From assembly GCA_043779285.1 (NCBI GenBank), contig JAYWEL010000138.1, positions 1 through 40,997 of the forward strand: a DNA stretch of 40,997 nucleotides. Reading direction: 5' to 3'. This DNA comes from Chitinophagaceae bacterium. Its GTDB lineage: Bacteria; Bacteroidota; Bacteroidia; Chitinophagales; Chitinophagaceae. The notes under the pieces were generated by a model. The model saw only the letters and a list, made by a program, of their open reading frames with translations, was not told where the DNA came from and searched no databases. The position numbers and the translations under genes were made by a program. Numbering within the stretch: position 1 is the first letter of the stretch; the number at the start of each line of letters is the position of its first letter. Positions 18,961-28,440 of the stretch are shown here, piece by piece.

Positions 18961-19839
18961 TTATTTATACATTCCATATTCTTCTTTCCATTCATGTTTC
19001 CATCGACGGTGGGTCCAAAGCCAGTTCTCCGGATTCTTACGAATAGTAGATTCCAGGTATCTGGAAAATCTTTTTGTCAATTCACCCTGTTTTGTTTCTG
19101 TAGGATTTTCTTCTTCCAAATGAATATTTACATGATAATAACCACGACGAGGTTTACTGATACTCGTAAAAACAACGAGGGCATTATTTCGTTTTGCTCC
19201 CCGTTCCGGACCGGTTACAAAAGCAGTTGGACGGTCGAAAAAAATCACCCAGTTTGCATTAGTTGCCGTTGCAGGATTCTGATCTGCCGCAAGACCCAGT
19301 AAAAACTGTGTGTCCTTATACTTCTCAAACTCCTGTTGCATATTGGTTGCCTTCAATAATATAGTTCCATATTTAGATCGTTGTGCAATCATCAACCGTT
19401 CAAATATCTTATTTCCCAATGGCATATAAACTGCCAGAAATGAAAACCTGGTATTTTTTGCAAAAGCTGCATTACACCATTCCCAGTTGAAATGATGCCC
19501 CAGGTGCATTTGCACATTTCTTCCCGAATCGTATAATTTATTTACAACCTCCCAATCACCGCTAACTCTTTTTTCCAAATATTTTTCCGAAACGGATAAC
19601 ATCTTAATTGTTTCTACCAAAGTATCCGTCAGATTAAGATAGAATTTCCGGGCAATTTCTGTTTTTTCTTTTTCGGTTTTTTCCGGAAATGCCAAACTCA
19701 GATTATCCATGGCTACCTGTCGCCGGTATTTGAATACATGAAAAAAAAGGAAACATATAAAATCACTCAGTACATGCAAGATGCGCATTGGTAGAAGGGA
19801 AATAAGAAATAATAAACCGTAAACGATATAATACATCAT
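18961..19839 (-). CDS. Lipid A biosynthesis lauroyl/secondary acyltransferase (LpxL/HtrB family)
   Basis: N-terminal TM helix. The LGHHFNWEW block corresponds to the HxGNWE motif of LpxL-family enzymes. The length (292 aa) is typical. Confidence 0.75.
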   Translation of the reverse strand: MMYYIVYGLLFLISLLPMRILHVLSDFICFLFFHVFKYRRQVAMDNLSLAFPEKTEKEKTEIARKFYLNLTDTLVETIKMLSVSEKYLEKRVSGDWEVVNKLYDSGRNVQMHLGHHFNWEWCNAAFAKNTRFSFLAVYMPLGNKIFERLMIAQRSKYGTILLKATNMQQEFEKYKDTQFLLGLAADQNPATATNANWVIFFDRPTAFVTGPERGAKRNNALVVFTSISKPRRGYYHVNIHLEEENPTETKQGELTKRFSRYLESTIRKNPENWLWTHRRWKHEWKEEYGMYK

Positions 19840-19912
19840 GGAAATTCTGCTTTGCTAATGAAATTTTTTTGGCTAAAAACGAAGACCAAAGATAACGCTA
19901 TACTAAAAACCT

Positions 19913-21547
19913 TTACAGCACTACATTTTGCACAATTTCATTTTTGTGCAAATAGTCGGTATTGTAATGTAAACCCCTGCTTTCTTTGCGGAAGCTGGCT
20001 CCTTTTACAATCAGGTATCCAACAGTGATCATATTTCGAAGCTCCAGTAATTGTGGCGAAACAGAGGTATTTCGGTACAACTCTTCTGTTTCTTCCCAAA
20101 GCAGATCAAGCCTGCGCATGGCTCTTTGCAAACGCACATCATTGCGAACAATACCCACATAATCACTCATCAGTAACTGTAGTTCCTTTAGGCTTTGTGT
20201 AATCAAAATCATTTCCTTGGGTTCTGATGTGCCTTGGGCATTCCACTCAGGAATTGAATTACTTAAATGATCAAATACAGCATCGGCAGCCGCATCCTTA
20301 TTTTTCAATTTTACTGATGCATCCAAAAAACAGCGATGTGCAAACACAATCGCTTCAAGCAAAGAATTACTTGCTAAACGGTTAGCCCCATGCAAACCCG
20401 TACTGGCCACTTCACCACAAGTATACAAGTTGAGGATAGAACTTTGTCCCCACGCATTGGTTTTTATACCTCCGCAACTGTAATGTGCAGCCGGTGCAAC
20501 AGGAATCATCTGGTTAAAAATGTTGATTCCGATAGATGTACATTTTTCATAAATATTGGGGAAATGTTCCATGAATTTTTGCTGATCCATATGCCTGCAA
20601 TCGAGCCATACATGCTCAGCTCCGGCAATTTTCATTTCGTTATCAATAGCCCTTGCAACAATATCTCTTGCAGCCAGGTCTTTTCGCTCATCATATTTTT
20701 CCATGAAAGCTTCGCCCTTGTGGTTCCGTAATATTCCTCCATCACCCCTAACCGCTTCAGTGATTAAAAATGATTGTCCTTTAATGCGGGGTTCAAATAA
20801 AGCGGTAGGATGAAACTGAACAAATTCCATATTTTCTATCCGTCCTTTTGCACGGTATATCATGGCCACCCCATCACCCGTAGCAATGGAAGGGTTGGTA
20901 CTTGTTCTGTAAATTTGTCCAATACCACCAGTAGCCATCATCGTTATATTGGAAATAATCTTTTCAATTTTATTTGTTTTCAGATTCAACAAATACACAC
21001 CGAAACAAGCCACATCGGGTGTGGATTTTGTAACCAGATAACCTAAATGGTGTTGGGTAATAATATCGATGATAAAACAGTGATCAATGATCTGAATATT
21101 TGAAAATTTATGAACAGAATCTAATAAAGCTCTTTCAATTTCTTTACCAGTAACATCCTTAAAATGAAGAATCCGGTTTTCAGAATGCCCCCCCTCTTTA
21201 CCCAATTTATAATCCCCATCCTGGGCAATATCGAAATGGGTTCCCCAATCAATCAGTTCCCGAAGTCTTTCCGGTCCTTCTTTCACAACTAATTCAACAA
21301 TAGATGGGTTGCAAAGTCCATCTCCGGAATTCAAGGTATCCGCTATATGTTTTTCAAAACTATCATTGCTTAAATCATTCACTACCGCCAAACCACCTTG
21401 TGCATATTTGGTATTGGTTTCATCGGCGGTGGTTTTGGTGATAATGAGTACTTTTTTATCCGGAAATTCTTTTGCGCATTTTAAAGCAAAAGCTAGTCCG
21501 GCTATACCTGATCCGATAACAAGAAAATCGGTTTTATCCATGTTCAT
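19913..21547 (-). CDS. nadB: L-aspartate oxidase
   Basis: FAD-binding DFLVIGSGIAGL, plus QGGLA, HPTAL, RGDGG and GLHGANRLASNSLLE. The start overlaps the upstream stop in an ATGA. Confidence 0.95.
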   Translation of the reverse strand: MNMDKTDFLVIGSGIAGLAFALKCAKEFPDKKVLIITKTTADETNTKYAQGGLAVVNDLSNDSFEKHIADTLNSGDGLCNPSIVELVVKEGPERLRELIDWGTHFDIAQDGDYKLGKEGGHSENRILHFKDVTGKEIERALLDSVHKFSNIQIIDHCFIIDIITQHHLGYLVTKSTPDVACFGVYLLNLKTNKIEKIISNITMMATGGIGQIYRTSTNPSIATGDGVAMIYRAKGRIENMEFVQFHPTALFEPRIKGQSFLITEAVRGDGGILRNHKGEAFMEKYDERKDLAARDIVARAIDNEMKIAGAEHVWLDCRHMDQQKFMEHFPNIYEKCTSIGINIFNQMIPVAPAAHYSCGGIKTNAWGQSSILNLYTCGEVASTGLHGANRLASNSLLEAIVFAHRCFLDASVKLKNKDAAADAVFDHLSNSIPEWNAQGTSEPKEMILITQSLKELQLLMSDYVGIVRNDVRLQRAMRRLDLLWEETEELYRNTSVSPQLLELRNMITVGYLIVKGASFRKESRGLHYNTDYLHKNEIVQNVVL

Positions 21548-22230
21548 GATGATTTAGTATCTGAAGAAGCAAAATAGGAAATGGCTCCTTTTACAATAAA
21601 AAACTGTGCTAATCCATAGGTCAGGATGATTGACAATCCAGCCATTGGAAACGAACTGTAAAATTTATTGATGGCCAACAATGCATCTGAACTAACAAAT
21701 AACAATGCTCCTAAAGCAAATAATTTTCCGGCCGATCGATTGCTGATTTTAAGCATGTGCAAAGCAAGTAACAGCATAAAACTTATTACGATTCCATAGA
21801 TTCTCACGGGCAGTTTCAACGAACCCAAATATGGCTCTAGGATATACATGAGTGTAAAATAAAAAATTACGACCGGGATCAATAAATATACACTGCCGGC
21901 TATGGATTGTGACAAACGAATACGGTGGAAATAGTACACATAAAATAAATGTGCTATCAGAAAAGATATTAATCCAAAAATAAAAAACATGGAATTTTTT
22001 GATTCAAACATCAATAACACATCCCCCATCCAGGAAAATATCAGTGCATAAACAATCAGGGGTTTCAGACTATGCGCAATTGAATTTGTGGCTGTTAAAA
22101 AATAAGCAATCAGGGAAAGAATGATCAATGGTTTGAAAATGAATTTCAACATGTCCAAATTGAACTGAACAGCAACCAGCTCAACAATGAGTACAAAAGC
22201 AAAAAAAATTAAGCAGTATTTTTTTTTCAT
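21544..22230 (-). CDS. YhhN-family (lysoplasmalogenase-like) integral membrane protein
   Basis: Contains 7-8 hydrophobic segments and the family-type motifs SWMGDVLLM and FVSSDALLAI. The ATG at 22230 (MKKKYCLIFF...) is preferred over the track start at 22287, which would overlap ispG. Confidence 0.7.
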   Translation of the reverse strand: MKKKYCLIFFAFVLIVELVAVQFNLDMLKFIFKPLIILSLIAYFLTATNSIAHSLKPLIVYALIFSWMGDVLLMFESKNSMFFIFGLISFLIAHLFYVYYFHRIRLSQSIAGSVYLLIPVVIFYFTLMYILEPYLGSLKLPVRIYGIVISFMLLLALHMLKISNRSAGKLFALGALLFVSSDALLAINKFYSSFPMAGLSIILTYGLAQFFIVKGAISYFASSDTKSS

Positions 22231-22264
22231 GAAATGATATTTGTAAATCCAAACTAATAAACAA

Positions 22265-24316
22265 TTATGGTTCAACCCACGCCTCATTATCTTTTAAAAT
22301 CTGAATCAGCTCTTCCACAGCTACATCACTGTTCACATTTTTCTTAACTACTTCTTTCCCTTTATATAAAGTAATTTTTCCCGGACCGCTTCCTACATAC
22401 CCAAAATCCGCATCGGCCATTTCACCGGGACCATTGACAATACAACCCATGATCGCAATTTTCAATCCTTTTAAATGATTGGTTACCGATCTGATTTTAT
22501 TGGTCGTTTCCTGAAGATCAAACAATGTTCTTCCACAGGAAGGACAGGAAATATATTCTGTTTTTGAGATACGGGTTCTGGTTGCCTGCAAAATATTAAA
22601 GGCTGTATTATTGATAAACTGTTCAACGGTTTTATTACTTACATAATTTCTGCCGGCTGCATTCTTGAAGCTGGCTGATTGTTTTGCATAACTATCCCCT
22701 GTCATTCCAAAACAAATTCCATCACCAAAACCATCGAGTAATAATGATCCTGCTTCCGTAGCAAAATGAATGAGATGCTCATCCGTTGTTGTCCAATTAC
22801 TATCTACAATGGTAATAACAGGGTTTTTAATTTTTCTCGTTTCCAATTCAATATACATTCGTCGAACAGCAGCCATAGAATCCTCATGCATACTACTCAA
22901 ACACAATACAACCGTAGGGTCATTGGCCAATTTATCCAGATACAGGAAGTCATTGACGGGAATGTCATCACTGAAACAATCAAGCATCACAAAATTCATT
23001 CGCTGGCTTTTTTCAATAGCTTGTACATAGCCACTATCCTGGAATATCGGGAAATATGTATTCAACCGGTCTTCAGCACACTCTGCAGGTTTGCTTATCG
23101 CCTCACTCCATGAATCCGGATAGACAATTACTTTTAATGTTCCCGGAAGATTAAAATCAAGTAGCTGATTTCCGGTAAAAATAAAATCAGCCGCCGCATC
23201 ACCGATAGACCATTTATCGGTCATTCCATCATATATATAACCAACACTTTCCAAGTTGGATGCGTTGATCTTTTTAATTTTACTCAAATCGGCAATCACA
23301 ACCGGAACATGTTTATCGCCAATAATGTCTATAGCGATACTTTCTCTGCGTACATAATCAAAAGGAGAATAAGGCAATTGAATTATATCAGGAATCTGAG
23401 CAGATTTAATAACCTCTTTTTTTGAATGATATCTTTTTACAAGATCCTTACAAACAGGAATTTCAAATTCGGGATCTTCGGTTAATGAAACCCGGATAGT
23501 ATCGCCGATGCCATCTTCGAGTAAGGCGCCAATACCCACGGCACTTTTTATTCGGCCATCTTCTCCATCTCCCGCTTCCGTTACTCCCAAATGTAATGGA
23601 TAACATTCATTGAATTCTTCCCACATGGTTTTTACAAGCAACCGATAAGCCTGCACCATCACCAATGGATTGCTCGACTTCATACTGAGTAAAATATTGT
23701 GATAGGATTCATCCCTTGCTATGCGTAAAAACTCCATGGCACTTTCAACCATACCGATAGCCGTATCGCCATACCGGCTCATGATGCGATCGCTTAATGA
23801 TCCATGGTTTGTACCAATACGCATGGCGGTACCATGTTCTTTACAGATTTTGATTAATGGAACAAATCGGTTTCTGATCCGGTCAATTTCTTCTTTGTAT
23901 GATGAATCGGAATATTCTTTTACTTCAAACTTTTTTTTGTCGACATAATTACCCGGATTGATCCGCACTTTTTCTACAATTCTTGCTGCAATTTCTGCGG
24001 CATTGGGTGTAAAGTGAATATCGGCCACCAATGGCGTTTCATATCCTCTTTTGAGCAATTCCTTTTTTATGTTGAATAAATTCTCTGCCTCATTTTTAGA
24101 TGGGGCGGTAATTCGTATCAGCTCTGCACCTGCTTCAATACAACGGATGGATTGCTCAACGGTTGCCATGGTATCCATGGTATCGGTTGTGGTCATAGTT
24201 TGTATACGAATTGGATGAAAATTTCCGAGCAATAGATTACCAATTCGAACTTCCTTTGTGGCAAGCCGTTTATAACCAGTCATCGATTCGCAATAAAATT
24301 TCAATGCTTCATCCAT
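22265..24316 (-). CDS. ispG: (E)-4-hydroxy-3-methylbut-2-enyl-diphosphate synthase, long form with an inserted domain
   Basis: TIM-barrel N-terminus RIQTMT..D and RINPGN. Fe-S ligand blocks SCPSCGRT and GCIVNGPGE. At 683 aa it contains a central insert, as in the Bacteroidota/Chlamydia/plant-type enzymes. Confidence 0.95.
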   Translation of the reverse strand: MDEALKFYCESMTGYKRLATKEVRIGNLLLGNFHPIRIQTMTTTDTMDTMATVEQSIRCIEAGAELIRITAPSKNEAENLFNIKKELLKRGYETPLVADIHFTPNAAEIAARIVEKVRINPGNYVDKKKFEVKEYSDSSYKEEIDRIRNRFVPLIKICKEHGTAMRIGTNHGSLSDRIMSRYGDTAIGMVESAMEFLRIARDESYHNILLSMKSSNPLVMVQAYRLLVKTMWEEFNECYPLHLGVTEAGDGEDGRIKSAVGIGALLEDGIGDTIRVSLTEDPEFEIPVCKDLVKRYHSKKEVIKSAQIPDIIQLPYSPFDYVRRESIAIDIIGDKHVPVVIADLSKIKKINASNLESVGYIYDGMTDKWSIGDAAADFIFTGNQLLDFNLPGTLKVIVYPDSWSEAISKPAECAEDRLNTYFPIFQDSGYVQAIEKSQRMNFVMLDCFSDDIPVNDFLYLDKLANDPTVVLCLSSMHEDSMAAVRRMYIELETRKIKNPVITIVDSNWTTTDEHLIHFATEAGSLLLDGFGDGICFGMTGDSYAKQSASFKNAAGRNYVSNKTVEQFINNTAFNILQATRTRISKTEYISCPSCGRTLFDLQETTNKIRSVTNHLKGLKIAIMGCIVNGPGEMADADFGYVGSGPGKITLYKGKEVVKKNVNSDVAVEELIQILKDNEAWVEP

Positions 24317-24325
24317 AAATTTCGC

Positions 24326-25135
24326 CTATAGTTTTCCTTCAAAAAAACCTTTTTTCTTCAAAATAGATTTAAGTATTGTTATGCCTTGCCTGCCCGATGA
24401 AATGGAAAGATCATCTGATTCAAAATTTAAAACAAAGAAATAAGGATGCCTGTTTTCTTCAATCCATCCAACAACCCAGATTAATATTTTTCCAGTTTCG
24501 GTTAATGCTGTTCCAGTTTTATAACTCAGTTTATAATTGGCATTATCTTCAAAAAGCATGGCTCGTTTTACAATCTCCTGATTCAATTTAAAAAAGGGCA
24601 ATTCGTTGAAATATAATTTTTTTACCAATCCCAATTGTTCATCGGGTTTAATTTTTAATGAATTATCCAGCCAGAAAGAATCCCCTGGCCCGCCTATTTT
24701 TTTATTCCCATATGCCAATGTATCCAACCATGTTTGCATGGTTTGTTTTCCAATCCGTCGTGCAACCTCCTGATAGTATGGAACTGAGGAAACCCGAAAA
24801 GCTTCATACATTGTAAGATCTTTATTCCATGCCGGAACAGATCTTTCAACTCCGTCCCATTTTATCTGCATACTGTCATTGGTAATATTGCCAGTTTGTA
24901 AGCCTATCAAAGAGTTTACAATCTTAAATGTAGAGGCTGGTGAAAAGCTACTATCTCTGAATCGGGATAAATTATAAACCGAAAATTTTCCGTTCATATT
25001 ATTCAGCATGGCAAAACAACCGTCCACATTATTTGATTTGAATATGGTTTCGGGAGAACTATCTGTTTCCACATTATTGGGAGAACAGGAAATAATTAGA
25101 AAGGACAATAACACCCAGCAATAACACTTCTTCAT
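24326..25135 (-). CDS. Class D (OXA-like) beta-lactamase, probable lipoprotein
   Basis: All class D boxes are present and in order: STFK, SSV, YGN, KTG (YKTGT) and WVVGW. The lipobox is LLSFLIISCS after the ATG at 25135. The track ORF extends to 25180. Confidence 0.8.
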   Translation of the reverse strand: MKKCYCWVLLSFLIISCSPNNVETDSSPETIFKSNNVDGCFAMLNNMNGKFSVYNLSRFRDSSFSPASTFKIVNSLIGLQTGNITNDSMQIKWDGVERSVPAWNKDLTMYEAFRVSSVPYYQEVARRIGKQTMQTWLDTLAYGNKKIGGPGDSFWLDNSLKIKPDEQLGLVKKLYFNELPFFKLNQEIVKRAMLFEDNANYKLSYKTGTALTETGKILIWVVGWIEENRHPYFFVLNFESDDLSISSGRQGITILKSILKKKGFFEGKL

Positions 25136-25202
25136 TTTAAAACGGATTTGAACAAAGGTAAGGTTGATAGAGGCAATCAAATGAATGGTATTTCATTTAA
25201 AT

Positions 25203-25237
25203 GAAAAAAGCATTATCCGTTACGATAATGCTTTTTA
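25203..25237 (-). terminator. Terminator hairpin downstream of the small lipoprotein ORF
   Basis: Stem agcattatc (25209-25217) / gataatgct (25224-25232), loop cgttac, flanked by A/T runs. A T6 run follows the stem on the - strand. Confidence 0.7.
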
Positions 25238-25259
25238 CTAAATTTCAAATCAGAGATCT

Positions 25260-25388
25260 TTACAGATAAATACCATTTTTCATTTTATAATGTTTGGTAC
25301 CCTGACAATCTTTTTTAGAAGCTGAGCAAGAGGTAATCATCACAGAGAACATTGCAACAGCACAAAGGCTTAATAATAACTTCTTCAT
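25260..25388 (-). CDS. Small (42 aa) putative lipoprotein, absent from the ORF track because it is under 60 aa
   Basis: My translation is MKKLLLSLCAVAMFSVMITSCSASKKDCQGTKHYKMKNGIYL*. It has a classic signal peptide plus lipobox (ITSC), an ATG start, and its own terminator 22 nt downstream. Confidence 0.55.
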   Translation of the reverse strand: MKKLLLSLCAVAMFSVMITSCSASKKDCQGTKHYKMKNGIYL

Positions 25389-25665
25389 AACTACAATTTT
25401 TTAATTAAATAATGTAGAAATTCAGAGGATTGGTACGTTAGCCGTTCAAAAGGTTTGGATATTTAGTAAATTTTAAAATACCATCGCAAGACAGTATTTC
25501 ATAATACTAAACGCAGTTTTTTGTCAAAATGATATGTGCAGCAGAAAATAAAATACTTTCGCCTTCACCTTACTCATTTACAATATCTTACACATTATTT
25601 TAATTTACACAACAAACCAAAATACCGGGATAAAGCAGGCACATTGATAAAAAAATCAACTCATA

Positions 25666-26853
25666 TCATTTAATCACATCCAATTCCTTACCAATTTTAG
25701 AAAAGGCTTCTATCGCTTTATCCAAATGTTTTTGCTCATGGGCTGCACTTATCTGAACCCGGATTCTGGCCTGTCCTTTTGGAACAACGGGGAAAAAGAA
25801 ACCAATTACATAAATACCTTCATCCAATAATTTAGCTGCAAAATTTTGAGCCAACACGGCATCGTATAACATGATAGGAACTATCGGATGTTCTCCCGGT
25901 TTGATATCGAAACCTGCTTCCGCCATTTTCTTCCGGAAATATTTTGTATTAAACTCCAGTTTATCTCTTAATTCGGTTGTTTCCGAAAGCATGTCCAACA
26001 CGGCAATGGATGCCCCAACAATACTGGGAGCAAGTGTATTACTAAAAAGATACGGTCTTGATCTTTGCCGAAGTATTTCAATAATTTCTTTTCTTCCACT
26101 GGTAAATCCTCCACTTGCACCGCCCAATGCTTTGCCTAAAGTACCGGTTATGATATCGATTCTGCCCATTACACCACGGTACTCATGCGTACCCCTTCCT
26201 GTTTTGCCCAAAAAACCGCTGCTGTGGCATTCATCAATCATCACAATGGCATCGTAATTATCGGCCAGTTCACAAATTTTATCCAGTTGCGCAATGGTGC
26301 CATCCATACTAAACGAACCATCGGTTACAATAATCCTGCTTCGACAATCTGCTGATGCTTTTAGTTGAGTTTCCAAGTCTTCCATATTATTATGTTCGTA
26401 CCTGAATCGTTTGGCCTTACATAATCTAACCCCATCAATTATGGATGCATGGTTCAATGCATCCGAAATAATAGCATCTTCTTCATTAAAAAGCGGTTCA
26501 AATACACCTCCGTTGGCATCAAAAGCGGCAGCATATAATATGGTATCTTCCATACCCAGAAAAGCAGAAATTTTCTGTTCCAATTCTTTGTGAATATCCT
26601 GTGTGCCACAAATGAACCGTACACTGCTCATACCATATCCATGGTCTTCAATTGCTTTTATTGCCGCATCAATAACTTTGGGATGTGAGGACAACCCGAG
26701 ATAATTATTGGCACAAAAATTCAAGACAGTTTTTCCAGCCACCTTAATTTCCGCACCCTGATGGCCGGTAATAATCCGCTCTGTTTTATATAAACCCGAA
26801 CTCTGAATTTCTTCAACTTCCTTACCAATTCTTTGTACAAATTTTTCGTTCAT
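25666..26853 (-). CDS. kbl: 2-amino-3-ketobutyrate CoA ligase (glycine C-acetyltransferase)
   Basis: 395 aa. Contains [17 protein letters not shown] and the PLP-lysine block [13 protein letters not shown]. Confidence 0.95.
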   Translation of the reverse strand: MNEKFVQRIGKEVEEIQSSGLYKTERIITGHQGAEIKVAGKTVLNFCANNYLGLSSHPKVIDAAIKAIEDHGYGMSSVRFICGTQDIHKELEQKISAFLGMEDTILYAAAFDANGGVFEPLFNEEDAIISDALNHASIIDGVRLCKAKRFRYEHNNMEDLETQLKASADCRSRIIVTDGSFSMDGTIAQLDKICELADNYDAIVMIDECHSSGFLGKTGRGTHEYRGVMGRIDIITGTLGKALGGASGGFTSGRKEIIEILRQRSRPYLFSNTLAPSIVGASIAVLDMLSETTELRDKLEFNTKYFRKKMAEAGFDIKPGEHPIVPIMLYDAVLAQNFAAKLLDEGIYVIGFFFPVVPKGQARIRVQISAAHEQKHLDKAIEAFSKIGKELDVIK

Positions 26854-27024
26854 ATACTTTAAAATAAGTTGGGCAAATATAAAGCACTCTGTATTCTTTC
26901 AGAAAATTGATCATTAAACGTTTATAAGGATTTTTTTTACCGGTAAATGGCAGGATACTAATGTGAACTGAGGCCTTTCCACACCATAAATTATTTTATT
27001 TCTTCTTCCTTCAGTTCCTATAGT

Positions 27025-27055
27025 TTATAAACCAATTTGTGTATTTGGTTTATAA
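27025..27055. repeat. AT-rich hairpin about 40 nt downstream of the transposase-like gene
   Basis: 11-bp perfect stem ttataaaccaa (27025-27035) / ttggtttataa (27045-27055) with a 9-nt loop. The octamer gtttataa occurs 4 times between about 26920 and 27075. Confidence 0.5.
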
Positions 27056-27094
27056 GTAATTAATTTAAGTTTATAAGATCTGTTTCGCTGAGTT

Positions 27095-27536
27095 TCAATC
27101 ATCTTTTACAAAACTCCATCCATATTTTTCCATAAAGCCATTTATTTCATCCGAAAATGTTTTTTTTGAATGATGTGTTTCCTGGTTGTGAATATACTTT
27201 CTAACAGATTCAAGATGACTTTCGCTTACACCTACCACCCAATAATCATCTTGCCAGAAAAATTTCTCTCCAGTCAATTTGTTCTGATTAATCCAAAATG
27301 ATGATTCGCCTTTTATTAATTGCGCTACCTTACTTATGCTTTGTTCTTTGCCAAGTGAGATTAAGCAGTGTGCATGATCCTGATAACCATTTACACAGTC
27401 AAGCCAAATTTCTTTTTCTGTTGCATTTTTTTTGATGTGTTGAAAAACTGTTTTTCTTAATTCTGATGAATTTAAAAAGGGTTCTCTGTTTTTTTGTAGA
27501 GAATATCATGTGCATATAAACTCTTACCCAACTCAT
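27095..27536 (-). pseudogene. IS200/RAYT-like Y1 (HUH) transposase gene interrupted by a +1 frameshift in an A7 tract
   Basis: The 5' frame reads MSWVRVYMHMIFSTKK... and the 3' frame reads ...NREPFLNSSELRKTVFQHIKKNATEKEIWLDCVNGYQDHAHCLISLGKEQSISKVAQLIKGESFWINQNKLTGEKFFWQDDYWVVGVSESHLESVRKYIHNQETHH.... The HUH motif is DHAHC and the Tyr block is RKYIHNQ. The two frames join if the A7 run (T7 on the + strand, 27489-27495) were A6. Confidence 0.8.
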
Positions 27537-27712
27537 CAATTATTTTTTAAATATCTACTCTATAACAGTTTGGCTGTAACTTCATAATAACTCATCAATT
27601 ATTCTTAGAAATCTTTACTTTATGTGGCTAAAGCCAATTGATTACTATTTCTCTTATCAGTTGCTTGAAAGCAACTGCAATAGATCCATTACAGTTTGGC
27701 TTTAGCCAACTG
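27530..27712. repeat. Cluster of short direct repeats and REP-like hairpins at the 5' side of the transposase-like gene
   Basis: A 15-nt direct repeat aactcatcaattatt occurs at 27530-27544 and 27589-27603, heading an imperfect ~59-bp tandem duplication. acagtttggct occurs at 27565-27575 and 27691-27701. An inverted pair tggctaaagcca (27625-27636) / tggctttagcca (27697-27708) flanks the hairpin cagttgct-tgaa-agcaactg (27658-27677). Confidence 0.7.
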
Positions 27713-27873
27713 AAAACAGTTTCTTCTCATTTTGCTTTAGCATCATTTATTTGCCCTGTCCTGCCAATAGATGGATACCAAAATAATGCTACCCCGGGAA
27801 AACTTTCCCGGACTTTTCTTTTTATAAATTCTGAAAATGATACGGCGACATTCTATTTATTTTTTTGGTTTTT

Positions 27874-27899
27874 GTAACTTTTCCTTTCTCTATATCGTA
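27874..27899 (+). promoter_or_regulatory. Candidate ECF-type promoter (GTAAC-N17-CGTA) upstream of the ECF sigma gene
   Basis: gtaac at 27874-27878 and cgta at 27896-27899, with a 17-nt spacer, about 45 nt upstream of the ATG at 27943. This resembles the generic AAC...CGT architecture of autoregulated ECF promoters. It is a pattern match only. Confidence 0.3.
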
Positions 27900-27942
27900 T
27901 TACCTTCAAACACTTCGTTTTTAATTTTTATTAAGACTGTTT

Positions 27943-28428
27943 ATGACTGAAAAGGAATATAACGATTGTGTCAATTCTTATGCCGACAATATCTTCCGGT
28001 TTATCCTGAAAAATATCCGGCACGAAGAAGATGCAAAAGATATTGTACAATCAACTTTTGAAAAAGTATGGAAGGTTAGAGAGACCGTTGAATTTGAAAA
28101 AAGTAAATCCTTTTTGTTTACCGTGGCCTATAATCAGATGATTGACCATATCAGAAAAACAAAGCGAATTCAATTGAAAGAATCGTTCAATGAAAACAGC
28201 CGGATTCATGACCATCCGGTAAACAATGCAAAAAAGATTTTGGATGAAGCACTGAGCCGATTGAGTGAAATTCAACGTACGCTTGTTTTATTGAAAGATT
28301 ATGAAGGGTATAGTTATCAGGAAATTGGAGAAATAACCGCATTGAACGAAAGTCAGGTAAAAGTGTACCTGCACCGGGCAAGGTTGCAACTGCGGAATTA
28401 TTTAGTGAAACCTGAATATGTTATTTAA
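27943..28428 (+). CDS. ECF-subfamily RNA polymerase sigma-70 factor
   Basis: 161 aa. Region 2 is DAKDIVQSTFEKVW...FLFTVAYNQMIDHIRK. Region 4 is LLKDYEGYSYQEIGEITALNESQVKVYLHRARLQLR. Confidence 0.9.
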   Translation: MTEKEYNDCVNSYADNIFRFILKNIRHEEDAKDIVQSTFEKVWKVRETVEFEKSKSFLFTVAYNQMIDHIRKTKRIQLKESFNENSRIHDHPVNNAKKILDEALSRLSEIQRTLVLLKDYEGYSYQEIGEITALNESQVKVYLHRARLQLRNYLVKPEYVI

Positions 28429-28440
28429 ACAGCACATGAA

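Noticed and set aside
27638-27877. A 79-aa + strand ORF (MITISLISCLKATAIDPLQFGFSQLKTVSS...) in the intergenic region upstream of the ECF sigma gene.
   Set aside because: It starts with TTG and reads straight through the REP-like hairpins (ggctaaagcc, cagttgcttgaaagcaactg). The apparent ORF is better explained as translated repeat sequence.
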